This document shows, piece by piece, positions 29,131 through 39,260 of a stretch of 64,000 bases of DNA. Source of the stretch: Treponemataceae bacterium. GTDB taxonomy: Bacteria > Spirochaetota > Spirochaetia > Treponematales > Rectinemataceae. Numbering within the stretch: position 1 is the stretch's first letter; the number at the start of each line of letters is the position of its first letter. A program made the translations under genes and the position numbers. The notes under the pieces were generated by a model. The model was not told the DNA's origin. It searched no databases and saw nothing but the letters and a program-made list of their open reading frames with translations. Location: the NCBI GenBank assembly GCA_963667725.2, contig CAXXHO010000003.1, forward strand, positions 1,696,001-1,760,000, read 5' to 3'.

Positions 29131-29319
29131 GGTTCTCTCCTTTTCAAGAATACCTTGTATTGCATAATATAATTGTGTGCCTATTATTTTTCAATAGCTA
29201 GATGCAAATTTTTATGGATTTTCGCGATTTTTTTGCGCGCCGCGCCCCGCAACATGCCGCCACGCCCAATCGCACCTCCAGCCATTGACCGCTGCCCTGT
29301 CTTTGACAACAATGAAGCC

Positions 29320-30087
29320 GTGTACAGCGATTCACACCTTCATCTCGTCGACCTTCACGACAGGGATCCCGATTTTCTCTCGAGCTTTCCGGTGCCCGAC
29401 TGGCGCGGCGCCGTGGTCGCCCATGACATCGAGGAATTCGGGGCGTCGGAAACCCTGCGGGCGAGCCTTCCCTTTACGGTCGCGGGCTTCGGCATCCACC
29501 CCCAGGCAATACGCTGGGATACGGCGGATTATATGCGGGAACTCGCGGAGAAAGGAAAGATCGCCTTCATCGGCGAAGCCGGATTCGAGTTTTTCGGCGA
29601 CAGGCCCGAATGGATCAGGAACGACGAGAATATCAAACGACAGCGCGAAGCCTTCGAATTCCAGCTGACCCTCGCGGTCGCCAAGGGACTTCCCCTTCTC
29701 ATACATTCTAGAAAGGGATTGGACCTGATAATGGGCTATGGCAGGGAGTTCCGGAAGCTGCCGGCACTCATCTTTCATGGATGGCCCGGCCGTATACAGG
29801 ACGCGCGGGCCTTCCTGAAAAAAGGCATTCCGGCCTACTTTTCCTTCGGCATGCCACTGCTCAGGGACGCGAAACACGCCATGGAAACCTGCGCGGCCAT
29901 TCCTGAGGACAGGATCCTTTCGGAAACCGACGCCCCCTGGCAGCCGCCTAAAGGCGAGGCCTGGACTGGTCCCGGAAAGATCGCGGCGGTTTCGCGGAGC
30001 ATCGCGGCGATACGAGGGATCGACACCGAGGCGATGGACCTGCTGCTGCGGAAAAATTTCAATAAAGCCTTCGGCGTCAAGGAATAG
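29320..30087 (+). CDS. TatD family hydrolase
   Basis: DSHLHL, GIHP, IGEAG, IHSR, IFHG, SETDAP; GTG start. Confidence 0.9.
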   Translation: MYSDSHLHLVDLHDRDPDFLSSFPVPDWRGAVVAHDIEEFGASETLRASLPFTVAGFGIHPQAIRWDTADYMRELAEKGKIAFIGEAGFEFFGDRPEWIRNDENIKRQREAFEFQLTLAVAKGLPLLIHSRKGLDLIMGYGREFRKLPALIFHGWPGRIQDARAFLKKGIPAYFSFGMPLLRDAKHAMETCAAIPEDRILSETDAPWQPPKGEAWTGPGKIAAVSRSIAAIRGIDTEAMDLLLRKNFNKAFGVKE

Positions 30088-30096
30088 GAAGACCAC

Positions 30097-31338
30097 ATGT
30101 TCAAACCATTCGAACTGGAGCGTTATTTCGCGAAGCATGAATTTTCGGCGCGCTATCTGCTCTGCACCTCCGACTGCGAAAGCATGTCGGTCAGGGAACT
30201 CCTGGCCCTGGAGCCCGAGACCGAGGAAGGCCTGCTCTCTACATGGCTCGGTTATACCGAATCGAGGGGCAATCCGATGCTGAGGAAGGAAATCGCGGCG
30301 CTTTACGATTCCGTGGACGAAGATGAGGTGCTGGTCCACGCCGGCGCCGAGGAAGCGATTCTCAATCTCTTCACCGCCCTCGTACGGCCGGGGCAGACGG
30401 TCATCGTCAATACGCCCTGCTACCAATCCTTGAGCGAAGTGCCGCGGGCTCTCGGCGCCCGCGTCGTCCCCTGGCACCTGCGTCCGGCCGAGGGCCGGTG
30501 GTTCCTGGACCCCGACGAGCTGGCCGAACTCCTGGCCATCCATGAGGAAGGGAAAACCGGAACGGCGCCCATCGTCGTGATGAACATGCCCCACAACCCG
30601 ACGGGCGCTCTCCTCACACGCGCCGAATTCGACCGCGTCGTTTCGCTCTGCGAGAGCCGCGGAGCCATACTCGTCTGCGACGAAGTCTACAGGTTCCTGG
30701 AAACCGATCCGCGCGATCGCCTGCCCGCCATCTGCGATGCCTATGAAAATGGAATTTCGCTCTCAGTGCTTTCCAAAGCCTGGGGCCTGGCGGGGCTGAG
30801 GATAGGATGGCTCGCCACCCAACGCCGCGACATCCTCGATTCAGTGGCCCAGGTCAAGGATTATAATTCCATCTGCGCCTCCGCGCCCTCGGAAACCTTG
30901 GCAGGAGTCGCCCTGCGCCATTCGGGCGAGATCATCGCGCGCAACAGGGATATCTGCGCCAAAAACCTAGCCTCCTTTTCGCGTTTTTTCGCCGACAGGG
31001 AAGATATGTTCGAATGGATTCCGCCCCGCGGCGGTTCGGTCGCTTTTCCGAGGCTGAGGCTAGGCGGGGTAAGCGGCAGGTGGGTGAACGCGGAAAGAAA
31101 AAGGACCGGCAAAGATTCCGGGCTCAGCGCCGCGGTACTCGCCGAAAGGCTGCTGGAGGAGCGGGGAATCCTCATCCTTCCAGGTGGCTGCTACGATTAC
31201 GATCCCGCACATTTCCGCATCGGCCTCGGCCGCAGGCAGGTACCGGAAGCGCTCGCCTTGCTCGACGAGTGGCTCAATCGCCAAACAGAAATCGCCGCGG
31301 GTTTTCCGAACAGAAGGCCTTTTTCAGCTCGGGGCTGA
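30097..31338 (+). CDS. PLP-dependent aminotransferase class I/II
   Basis: PHNPTG, DEVY, LSKAWGLAGLRIGW. Confidence 0.93.
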   Translation: MFKPFELERYFAKHEFSARYLLCTSDCESMSVRELLALEPETEEGLLSTWLGYTESRGNPMLRKEIAALYDSVDEDEVLVHAGAEEAILNLFTALVRPGQTVIVNTPCYQSLSEVPRALGARVVPWHLRPAEGRWFLDPDELAELLAIHEEGKTGTAPIVVMNMPHNPTGALLTRAEFDRVVSLCESRGAILVCDEVYRFLETDPRDRLPAICDAYENGISLSVLSKAWGLAGLRIGWLATQRRDILDSVAQVKDYNSICASAPSETLAGVALRHSGEIIARNRDICAKNLASFSRFFADREDMFEWIPPRGGSVAFPRLRLGGVSGRWVNAERKRTGKDSGLSAAVLAERLLEERGILILPGGCYDYDPAHFRIGLGRRQVPEALALLDEWLNRQTEIAAGFPNRRPFSARG

Positions 31339-32545
31339 GAGCGCTCCCCGAAAATATCCTGAAATAGTCGGCGTAGGATCTCACTTTAATCAGATTGACC
31401 ATGAAGTCGGAACCGAACATGATCCTCTTTTCGGCCACCTTTCTCTTGGAAGGATCCATGCTCCCCAGCGTGACGAGCAGGGAATCGTAATATTCCGGCG
31501 CGACGCCGTTGAAGGAAAAATCCCCGTAGACCCCAGGGAAATCCATCATGAGGCCGAAAATCGCGTCCCGCCATTCGGTGGGCGGCGGCGCCAGGCGATT
31601 GGGAATGCTGTACTGGGCGCCGAGATGGGCAAAATTAATGATGAGGCCAGGGTACTTTTCCAGGGCGGGCCGATAACTCGCGGGAGAAGTATTGCGCCAG
31701 GCTTCCTCGAGGGGAATCACCCTGAATCCGCCATCGTCGCAATGGACCGTGAGGGGGATTTTTCGCTTTTCAGCGAAGGAATACAGGATTTCCACCTTCT
31801 CCCTTTCGCCCCCGTCGGCTGGCCAGGGGTCGAAACCGAGGGGAGGATAGAGTTTGATGCCGGCGAAGGGCGAATGTTTTCTCTCGGGATCGCCGGCGAG
31901 AATCTCGCCCATGCTCCCGAAATCCGCTCTCGCCTCCTCCCTATCCCTCGTATAAAAGGACAGCCAGGTATCCAGAAAGCGCGTAAGCGATTCGGGACTG
32001 TGGGTTTTGGGATTTATCCCGAGGAAGGGCTGGATTTCCAGGAGCCCCTCTGGTCGGGTAAGCCTGTAATCCCTTATGCCGAGCATGACATCGACGATCT
32101 GCGCGTCGATGGTCTTCTTGGGGTATTTATCGTAATACGTATCGGGCTGATATGGCCCGGGCTCGCTGAAATCCATGAGCAGCGGGGAGATGACGAGCCT
32201 GCCGTACTTCTGGTCGCCCAGGTCGAGAATGCCGTCCCGTACCAGCGGCGTTTCGTCGGCGGATTTCGCGTAAACGCCCGTCAGGTCGTCCTCCATCAGC
32301 TTGAATATGTCTCCCGGCTCGTTTTCCATGACCGACAGCATGTTGCGTATCTTTTCGCCGCCTCGATGGAAGAGCGAGGAAGCCAGGTATTCGAAGGAAG
32401 TGAGCTGGCTGAAAAGGGCTTCGAGTCTCCTCCTCCTCAATGTCTGTATGAGCGCGAGAAAGGAGGGGTGCGACAGCGTGTGGGCATGGCAGTGAATGTC
32501 GAAGAAATCCGGGAGACCAACGCCGGCGCCGGTTTTTACGCTCAT
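31274..32545 (-). CDS. Amidohydrolase family protein (Amidohydro_2-like)
   Basis: DIHCH, GIKLYPPLG, VHC, NFAHLG, MFGSDF. Confidence 0.85.
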   Translation of the reverse strand: MSVKTGAGVGLPDFFDIHCHAHTLSHPSFLALIQTLRRRRLEALFSQLTSFEYLASSLFHRGGEKIRNMLSVMENEPGDIFKLMEDDLTGVYAKSADETPLVRDGILDLGDQKYGRLVISPLLMDFSEPGPYQPDTYYDKYPKKTIDAQIVDVMLGIRDYRLTRPEGLLEIQPFLGINPKTHSPESLTRFLDTWLSFYTRDREEARADFGSMGEILAGDPERKHSPFAGIKLYPPLGFDPWPADGGEREKVEILYSFAEKRKIPLTVHCDDGGFRVIPLEEAWRNTSPASYRPALEKYPGLIINFAHLGAQYSIPNRLAPPPTEWRDAIFGLMMDFPGVYGDFSFNGVAPEYYDSLLVTLGSMDPSKRKVAEKRIMFGSDFMVNLIKVRSYADYFRIFSGSALSPELKKAFCSENPRRFLFGD

Positions 32546-33471
32546 TTCTCCGCTTCCCTCTCCGCCCGGCTCTGTCGGTTGGCTATCCATACCCCTAGTA
32601 TAATCACGATCGCGCCCAGACCTTGCATGATCTCGAAGCGTTCCTTGCGGATAGTCACGCCGGCCACGATGGTGATCACGGTGACGAGATTGGCGAAGAC
32701 GGCGCTCTGCGAGGCCTTCAGCCTGGTGAGAGTGAAATTGATTAGGAAGAACGCGACGATGGACGAGAGGATGCCGAGATAGGCTATGGAATACCATACC
32801 GAGGCCATGCGCGAAAGGAGAGAGCCGGGTGCCGCCGGGGACTGGGCGAACCACAGCGACTTCACGAGGACGATGAGGCCGAAGGCTATCGCCCCCGCCC
32901 ACATCATGGCGAAGGTCCGCTCGAAATCGCTGAAGCGTCGGGAGGCTTTACGGGATAGTACGTTGAACAGCGCGGCGCTCAACATGGAGCCTATCAGGAA
33001 AAAGACCCCTCTCAGGGTACCTTCGCCGTCAGCCGCGCCAGCCCCCGGGCCGGTGAGAACGACAATGGCGACGCCCAGGATCGAGAGAACAAGGCCGAGG
33101 GTCTGCAGGGGCGTCGTCTTTTCCTTGAGCGCGAAAATGCTTAAGATGGCGACAAAGGCCGGCAGGGCGCCGAGGATGATGCCTGCTGTGCTGGTCGACG
33201 ACTCGCGCACCCCGTAGGTTTCGAAGATGAAATACAGGATGGGCTGGAAAAGACAGGTCAGGATGAGTATGCCTGGTTTCTTCCCCCTGTAGTCCAGCTT
33301 CACCACCTTAACCGCGACGAGAACGCTCATGATGAGGGCGGCCAGAAGGAAGCGAGCGAAAATCAGCTCCATCGGGTCGAGCATGTCGAGGGCGCTCTTG
33401 GTGACGAGGAATGAAAAGCCGAATATGGTCGACCAGCCGATGCCGGCCGCTATTGAAACTGTCCGATTCAT
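32542..33471 (-). CDS. DMT/EamA family transporter
   Basis: About 10 TM segments; IFGFSF, RFLLA, LKEK, YLGILSS. Confidence 0.92.
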   Translation of the reverse strand: MNRTVSIAAGIGWSTIFGFSFLVTKSALDMLDPMELIFARFLLAALIMSVLVAVKVVKLDYRGKKPGILILTCLFQPILYFIFETYGVRESSTSTAGIILGALPAFVAILSIFALKEKTTPLQTLGLVLSILGVAIVVLTGPGAGAADGEGTLRGVFFLIGSMLSAALFNVLSRKASRRFSDFERTFAMMWAGAIAFGLIVLVKSLWFAQSPAAPGSLLSRMASVWYSIAYLGILSSIVAFFLINFTLTRLKASQSAVFANLVTVITIVAGVTIRKERFEIMQGLGAIVIILGVWIANRQSRAEREAEK

Positions 33472-33572
33472 TGTGGCGACAGTAGCATCGGCGCGATTTC
33501 TTGGCAATCGGCGCATGACAGTATGATGCGCGGCCTTTCCGGTTATGATATATTCACGACAGAGGTGGAGCG

Positions 33573-33995
33573 ATGGAAAACAACGTGGAAGCTTTCTGGG
33601 CCGACTTCGAGAGGGAAACCGGCGAAAAAGTGCTCGCCAGGACCATGGGGCAATTCTTCTCTTCGTCCAAGGATCGAGGCGACTGGGGTCTTCTCGTCCT
33701 CTCCCCCACAGGTATCCGCTTCCGCAGGACACCGGGCGAAAATTGGCTTGCCTCGATGTTCAAGACTTCCTCTCCTCCCGTATCGACGAAAAACGTGGAG
33801 GATCTCGTCATTTCCTATGCTTCGATTTCCGGTGTTACGAATCCGCCCAAGAAATTCCTGGATTTCCTGTTTGGAAGCCCCTTTCTGCTTATGGTGATAT
33901 CCTTCGAGAAGGACGGGCAAAGCCGGGAGGCTCGTTTCGCGGTCGATCCCAAGAGCGATTTCTGCAAGAGGCTGAAGACTTTTATCCAAGACTGA
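33573..33995 (+). CDS. Hypothetical protein
   Basis: RBS GAGGTGGAG, protein-like composition, fills the intergenic space. Confidence 0.65.
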   Translation: MENNVEAFWADFERETGEKVLARTMGQFFSSSKDRGDWGLLVLSPTGIRFRRTPGENWLASMFKTSSPPVSTKNVEDLVISYASISGVTNPPKKFLDFLFGSPFLLMVISFEKDGQSREARFAVDPKSDFCKRLKTFIQD

Positions 33996-34004
33996 AAAAA
34001 GCGT

Positions 34005-34685
34005 TCAGTCGAGCTGGTAAGGCAATCTCGCGGCGCCGAGATGAGGGGCGCACCACTTCGCCCCGGCCTTCAGCAGCGTTTCTTCGGAAAAGCTCGTCGT
34101 GAGCCCCAGGCAAGCGGCGCCGGCGCTTACCCCGGCCATGATGCCGTTCACCGCGTCATCGACCACGAGGCACCTGCCGATATCCACGCCAATCCTGGAA
34201 GCCGCGAGCAAGTAGATATCGGGAAAGGGTTTTTTCCTCTCGATGTCAGAACCGGTAACCACGGCGTCGAAAAAATCGGTGCCGATGCCGAGCACTCGCA
34301 GGTTTATCTTCACCTTGGCGAGATCGGCCGCCGAGGCCAGGGCTATTTTAAGCCCCATCTCCCTGCAGGCGTGGAGATACTCCGGGGCCCCGGGCAGGAC
34401 CTTTACGTATTCGGAAGCGAGCTCCCCGTAAATCTCGTAGGTCCAGGCCTTGGCGGCGGGAAGATCGACGGAAAGCCCCATCTCTTCGGCGGGGCCGCCT
34501 ATGAAACGATCCTCGCCGGCGCCCACATAGGGGTAGAAAATGCTTCGCGGCGCTTCGGCGCCATAGCGCTGCCTGAACATCTTCATGGCTGATTGCGCGA
34601 TGAGCTCCTCCGAATCCACGAGGACTCCGTCCATGTCGAAAAGAACCGCGTCGAACTTTTCGGCCGTAAAACCGCCACCTTCCAT
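34005..34685 (-). CDS. HAD family phosphatase (beta-PGM/CbbY-like)
   Basis: FDMDGVLVDS, KPFPDIY, DDAVNG. Confidence 0.93.
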   Translation of the reverse strand: MEGGGFTAEKFDAVLFDMDGVLVDSEELIAQSAMKMFRQRYGAEAPRSIFYPYVGAGEDRFIGGPAEEMGLSVDLPAAKAWTYEIYGELASEYVKVLPGAPEYLHACREMGLKIALASAADLAKVKINLRVLGIGTDFFDAVVTGSDIERKKPFPDIYLLAASRIGVDIGRCLVVDDAVNGIMAGVSAGAACLGLTTSFSEETLLKAGAKWCAPHLGAARLPYQLD

Positions 34686-34824
34686 TCTGACTCCTCGCAA
34701 AGCTTCCAATTCGGGCTGACTGTAGCATATCGTCCCGCAGCGCTTCCAGCCTTCTGGCAATCCAGCCTTCCAGCGCTTCCGGCCTGGATTGCCCTTTTCA
34801 CGCCAAACCGCTATCTTTCCACCG

Positions 34825-35925
34825 ATGACCGACATCGCCGCCACCATGGCGAGCGCGCGCATACCTTTCAGGGAATTCGGCCTCACCGCCGTCGATTCCT
34901 ACTGCGGATTCGCCATGGACAGACCGATAAAATTTTTCCTCGTCGAAGGCAGCGTTGTCGATCTCGCGAAAAACTTCGAAACCCTGGGCTATCCCGCCCT
35001 GCCCTATGCCGACGCCAGCCTCGACGCCACCGCGGCGGGTTGCGAGGCTCGTTTTCTCTGCGTCGACGACATCGACAGGAAAGATGTCGGTGCCCTGGGC
35101 ATGAGCGCTTTCCGGAGAAATTCTCTCGACGGCCGCTACTTCGATCCACATGGAATCTATGCCGACCTGAAAAAACGACAATTTAAGGTGGAACGGAAAA
35201 ACGGGGAAAACATACTTTTTGAGACGGCAGCACTCCTGTCGCGCCTTCATCCAGCCCCGGAGACGACGATCGGGGCGCTTCCCCTCCCCGGCGCCGCCTC
35301 CGTCCTCTGGCAGAGGGACCTTCTCTCGCTCATCCTGCAGGGGCCCAATTCGGCCGCAGCTTTCGAACTCCTCAGGGAGAGCGGCTTCGTAAAAGCCTAC
35401 TGGCCCGACCTGGACGCCCTCCTCCTCGTCGATCACGCCAAGGACTGCCACCCCGAAGGCGGGGGATGGTCACACACGATGGAGGCCCTGGGCTACCGAA
35501 AATCCCTGGATCTGCCCCTTTCCCTCGCCCTTCTCCTTCACGACATCGGCAAGCCGCGCTCCGAATCGAGCGAAGGGCATCGATTCGACAAGCATGCGGA
35601 AATAGGTGCCAGAATAGCGGCCCGCTTTCTCCGGTCGCTGGGTTTTGACGAAAAAATCATACGCGACGCATGCTTCATGATCCGCTGGCACATGCTGCCC
35701 GCCGGCCTGCCCCGCATTCCCCTCTCGACGGTGAGCGACGTCATCCTCGACAGCCGTTTCGTGGATCTTCTGGAGCTTTTCCGCTGCGACGAATTTTCCT
35801 CGTTCAAGGGGCCGGACGGATACTATGCCTCATGCGCGGCCTACAAGGCTTTCATGAGAAACCATAAAAATCCATACCGGGACCAGGACGGCAGAAAAAA
35901 GGCTCAGATTTTTTCCAGGCTGTGA
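34825..35925 (+). CDS. HD-domain protein with degenerate CCA-adding/poly(A) polymerase-like N-terminus
   Basis: HPEG..WSHTM, LLHDIGKP, F..HAEIG, HM; FDPHG..DL remnant. Confidence 0.75.
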   Translation: MTDIAATMASARIPFREFGLTAVDSYCGFAMDRPIKFFLVEGSVVDLAKNFETLGYPALPYADASLDATAAGCEARFLCVDDIDRKDVGALGMSAFRRNSLDGRYFDPHGIYADLKKRQFKVERKNGENILFETAALLSRLHPAPETTIGALPLPGAASVLWQRDLLSLILQGPNSAAAFELLRESGFVKAYWPDLDALLLVDHAKDCHPEGGGWSHTMEALGYRKSLDLPLSLALLLHDIGKPRSESSEGHRFDKHAEIGARIAARFLRSLGFDEKIIRDACFMIRWHMLPAGLPRIPLSTVSDVILDSRFVDLLELFRCDEFSSFKGPDGYYASCAAYKAFMRNHKNPYRDQDGRKKAQIFSRL

Positions 35926-37121
35926 TGGTATTCCAGAACCCATTTGGGCGCGCGGAACTGCCTGAAATCATCGTAATTCGCTATCAGGACATCCACGATC
36001 GACTGATCGACAGGCATCGCCCGCAGCGTCTCGAAGGCTTCCTTGGGCGCCACCGGGTCCCTGTACGGCCTTTCGCCCACCAGCGCCTCGAAGACGTCCA
36101 CCACGGCGATGATGCGCGATTCCTCCGGGATTTCCTTGGCCATCAGCCCTTCGGGATAGCCGGAGCCGTCGACGCGCTCATGGTGGTAGAGAACGATGGA
36201 ACTGAGATGCGTGAGTTCCTTGAAGTTCTTGAGTATCCTGGCCGAGATGATCGGATGGGCCGCCACCGCCTGCTGCTCCGGCTTCGTGAGAGGTCCGGCC
36301 TTCAGAAGCAGGCTGGAAGGAATGCTGATCTTGCCGATGTCGTGAAGCAGGGCCGCCGTGTAGAGATTGCGGAGCCGCCTTCCCTTGTAACCCATTTTCA
36401 TCCCCAGATACATGGTGAGGACGGCCACGCGCCGTGAATGGTTGGCGGAAAACTGCTCGGTCTGTTCAAAGAGAAAAATGATGGACTCGAGTCCCTTCGT
36501 TTCATAGAAGATCAGATCCTTGCGCCAGAGCCAGACGGAAACCGAATAGCCGATGGCCATGGTCAAGATGATGACGAGGAGATAATCCCGCCAGTCGAGA
36601 AGCGGTTTCTCGAAGTCCGCCTTGAGCGAATACATGAGATCATGCCCATCGGCCGGAGCGATCACCAGTTTGTTTTCGGATTGGAGGGCATCGAGGAGAC
36701 CCTGGGCGTTCATCGTGACGACTCCCTTCCAGCCCGTGAGAGGGTTGAAGCCGAAATCGTCTTTCAACGAGAAGGAAAGGTTCAGACTCGTGTCGTTGCT
36801 GCTTATGTCGAAATCGTCCAAGGGAGGGCTGCCCCGCTGGAGCTTAATCTCATTGACGAAAGGGTAGATTTCGAGCGCATCGTCCAGGAGAGACTGCGCG
36901 TCGGGAATCCTGTTCCCCTCCACCAGGTTGCGGACTTCGCTCCACGAGAAATACCCGTCGTTGAGGGCTGAAGCCTGAATCTGGACCATCGCCTTGAGGC
37001 CGATCTGAGTGGTCCTGAACTGCGTATCCCTCTGCGAAACCTTAATCGCTGTTATCATGGCTATGGACATGATAAAAAGGAAAAGGATAAAAACAACTGT
37101 TTTAAATGCATAACGTTTCAT
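35904..37121 (-). CDS. Membrane-anchored HD-GYP (c-di-GMP phosphodiesterase-like) protein
   Basis: HSRRV, LLHDIGK, HHERVDGSGYP, R.Y; two TM helices around an extracytoplasmic region. Confidence 0.9.
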   Translation of the reverse strand: MKRYAFKTVVFILFLFIMSIAMITAIKVSQRDTQFRTTQIGLKAMVQIQASALNDGYFSWSEVRNLVEGNRIPDAQSLLDDALEIYPFVNEIKLQRGSPPLDDFDISSNDTSLNLSFSLKDDFGFNPLTGWKGVVTMNAQGLLDALQSENKLVIAPADGHDLMYSLKADFEKPLLDWRDYLLVIILTMAIGYSVSVWLWRKDLIFYETKGLESIIFLFEQTEQFSANHSRRVAVLTMYLGMKMGYKGRRLRNLYTAALLHDIGKISIPSSLLLKAGPLTKPEQQAVAAHPIISARILKNFKELTHLSSIVLYHHERVDGSGYPEGLMAKEIPEESRIIAVVDVFEALVGERPYRDPVAPKEAFETLRAMPVDQSIVDVLIANYDDFRQFRAPKWVLEYHHSLEKI

Positions 37122-37167
37122 AATAGAAAGAATAATATCGGAAAACCAGGAAGATTTCAAGAATGGA

Positions 37168-37386
37168 TCACGTGGTCCGTTTACGGTAGTCGGCCACCAG
37201 GGAAAGAGCGTCCTCTTCCTGTTCGTCAGGGACGACAATGCTGACTCCCTTTATGGTTGTGGAAAAGAGGGGGTTCATGTTGAGCATATTGTCAGACATT
37301 ATTACGGCGTCCATTCCGCCCGATTTCAGAATGCTGAGCACAACGATGGCATCGTCCTGAAAGGTCGACGTGAAAATAGTCTTCAT
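37168..37386 (-). CDS. DUF2007-like small protein
   Basis: A.VV.SILKSGG..A...GVSIVVP.EQ.EDA pattern; coupled to pepP. Confidence 0.7.
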   Translation of the reverse strand: MKTIFTSTFQDDAIVVLSILKSGGMDAVIMSDNMLNMNPLFSTTIKGVSIVVPDEQEEDALSLVADYRKRTT

Positions 37387-38777
37387 ATGCCCCTCCTCGC
37401 CTGTTCGATGGCCTCAAGGCTCTTGTCCAGTGGCGGTCCCAGCCGTCGGGAAGCCTTCTCCATGACAAGCCAGTCCTCTTCGATACGCATTCCGCCGCCG
37501 CCGCGCCATTTGCGCAGTTCGGCATAATCGATGAACGTTTCATTGATACGTTCGGCTTCCCACTTGTCGATGAGGCCGGGAATGAAATAGATGCCCGGCT
37601 CCACGGAATGGACCATGCCGGGCTTCAGCTTTTTCGCCAGCCTCAAGGAACTCAGGCCGAACTGCTCGCTTCGCCTCGTGTCGGAATAGCCCACATTATC
37701 CTCGCCCAGTCCCTCCATGTCGTGCACGTCGAGGCCTATCATATGGCCGAGCCCGTGGGGGAAGAAAAGAGCGTGGGCGCCCGAGGCGACGGCTTCCTCC
37801 GGATCCCCCTTCATGATCCCTAGCTGGACGAAACCCCGCGCTAAGGCCAGGCTGGCGGCTCGGTGCGCGTCCAAAAAGGGCAGTCCCGGTTTCAGGATTC
37901 GCGTCGCCTCCGCGAACATGGACAGAAGCACCCGATAGACAGCCGCTTTTTGGGGAGGGAAGTTGCCGCCGACGGGAAAGCTTGTCGTGAGATCGCCTGG
38001 ATAGCCCGAGGGCAGCTCGGCTCCCCCATCGAGAAGGAATGTATCGCCGTCGCGGCAGATGGAATTTCTTTCGTGGTTGTGGAGGACTTCCCCATGCACC
38101 GTTCCGATCGTGCCGAAGCTGAGCGCGCAACCACGCCTCGCGGCCAGGTATTGGAACAGCGCGGCGGCTTCCGTCTCGGTCCAGCCGGGACGCAGCTGCG
38201 CTAAAAGCGCCGTATGGATCTCGGCGCTTATGGCGGTGGCTTTCTCCAGCTCCGCCACTTCCCTCTCTTCCTTTATTTCCCTCAAGGAGACGATCGCCTG
38301 GATGAGCTCGGGGCTAGCGCTGTCGCGGATGATGTCAGCGGGAATTTCGAGGATTCCCGCCACGCGGCGAATGGTCTCTTCCCTGGAGAAGGGAGGATAA
38401 TGGATAGAGGGCGTCGACAGACCGGACAGATACCGCCCCGCAAGCGAAAGCGGCATGACGCAATCGATTCCGGAAAGGGCGGCCAGTTCGGCGACCCCGC
38501 GCTTCGGCCCCGTCCAAATCATATCGTCCATGGAAACATCGTCTCCGAAGAGCATCGCGCTTCCGTCGGCGATATCGATGAGAGCCGTCATCGCGGGTTC
38601 GTTAAGGCCGATAAAATAGAGCCAGTTCGAATCCTGCCTGAAAGGGTAGCAGTTGTCGGGATAATTTATGGGACTTTCGGAATGGGCGGCGAGAAGCACA
38701 GACCCGCTTGCGCCGCGGTCGCGCAGCGAGGCCGCGAGCTTTCTTCGCCGCGCATCATATACGGAGCTTTCAAACAT
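37383..38777 (-). CDS. pepP: Xaa-Pro aminopeptidase
   Basis: FRQDS, LDGG, GDLT, PHGLGH..GLDVHD, EPGIY, RIEED. Confidence 0.93.
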   Translation of the reverse strand: MFESSVYDARRRKLAASLRDRGASGSVLLAAHSESPINYPDNCYPFRQDSNWLYFIGLNEPAMTALIDIADGSAMLFGDDVSMDDMIWTGPKRGVAELAALSGIDCVMPLSLAGRYLSGLSTPSIHYPPFSREETIRRVAGILEIPADIIRDSASPELIQAIVSLREIKEEREVAELEKATAISAEIHTALLAQLRPGWTETEAAALFQYLAARRGCALSFGTIGTVHGEVLHNHERNSICRDGDTFLLDGGAELPSGYPGDLTTSFPVGGNFPPQKAAVYRVLLSMFAEATRILKPGLPFLDAHRAASLALARGFVQLGIMKGDPEEAVASGAHALFFPHGLGHMIGLDVHDMEGLGEDNVGYSDTRRSEQFGLSSLRLAKKLKPGMVHSVEPGIYFIPGLIDKWEAERINETFIDYAELRKWRGGGGMRIEEDWLVMEKASRRLGPPLDKSLEAIEQARRGI

Positions 38778-38909
38778 GAGGCCATACTAAGCTCCGCCGA
38801 TGCTTTGGTCAACAAAGGACTCCGATGTCACTTCGTCCTTTCCTATGGAAGGGAAAATTCTCTGTATCCATAAATGGCGAAACATCCAGCTTCGGGTATG
38901 GTAATCATA

Positions 38910-39260
38910 ATGAACTATGTCCAGGAATGCCTCGCCATGAATCTCAGGACAAGACGGGCTGTCATGAATCTGTCCCAGGAGGCTCTCGCTGAACAGGCAG
39001 ACCTTTCTCCCGGATTCATCGCCAACCTAGAGACGGGACGCAGCTGGCCATCGGCCAAGTCCCTGCTCAAACTCAGCATGGCATTAAAAATCGAACCCTC
39101 CAAGCTTTTGGTCGACCCCCAAAAGGACGAGATAGGCTATACGAAGGAAGAGCTCCTTATGATGTTCGAACGGGTCAAAAACAACTTCATGGAAGAATTG
39201 CCCGCCAGCTATTCCGCTCCTCGGCAATTAATGGGCGAGCATAGCGGCAAGCATCGCTAA
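38910..39260 (+). CDS. XRE family HTH transcriptional regulator
   Basis: LSQEALAE...IANLETG..WPS. Confidence 0.88.
   Translation: MNYVQECLAMNLRTRRAVMNLSQEALAEQADLSPGFIANLETGRSWPSAKSLLKLSMALKIEPSKLLVDPQKDEIGYTKEELLMMFERVKNNFMEELPASYSAPRQLMGEHSGKHR

Noticed and set aside
31274..31338. 65-bp convergent overlap of aminotransferase and amidohydrolase genes
   Set aside because: Most likely a stop-codon drift extension; short 3' overlaps recur in this window
38910..39260. XRE gene as prophage repressor or antitoxin
   Set aside because: No phage genes or toxin partner adjacent
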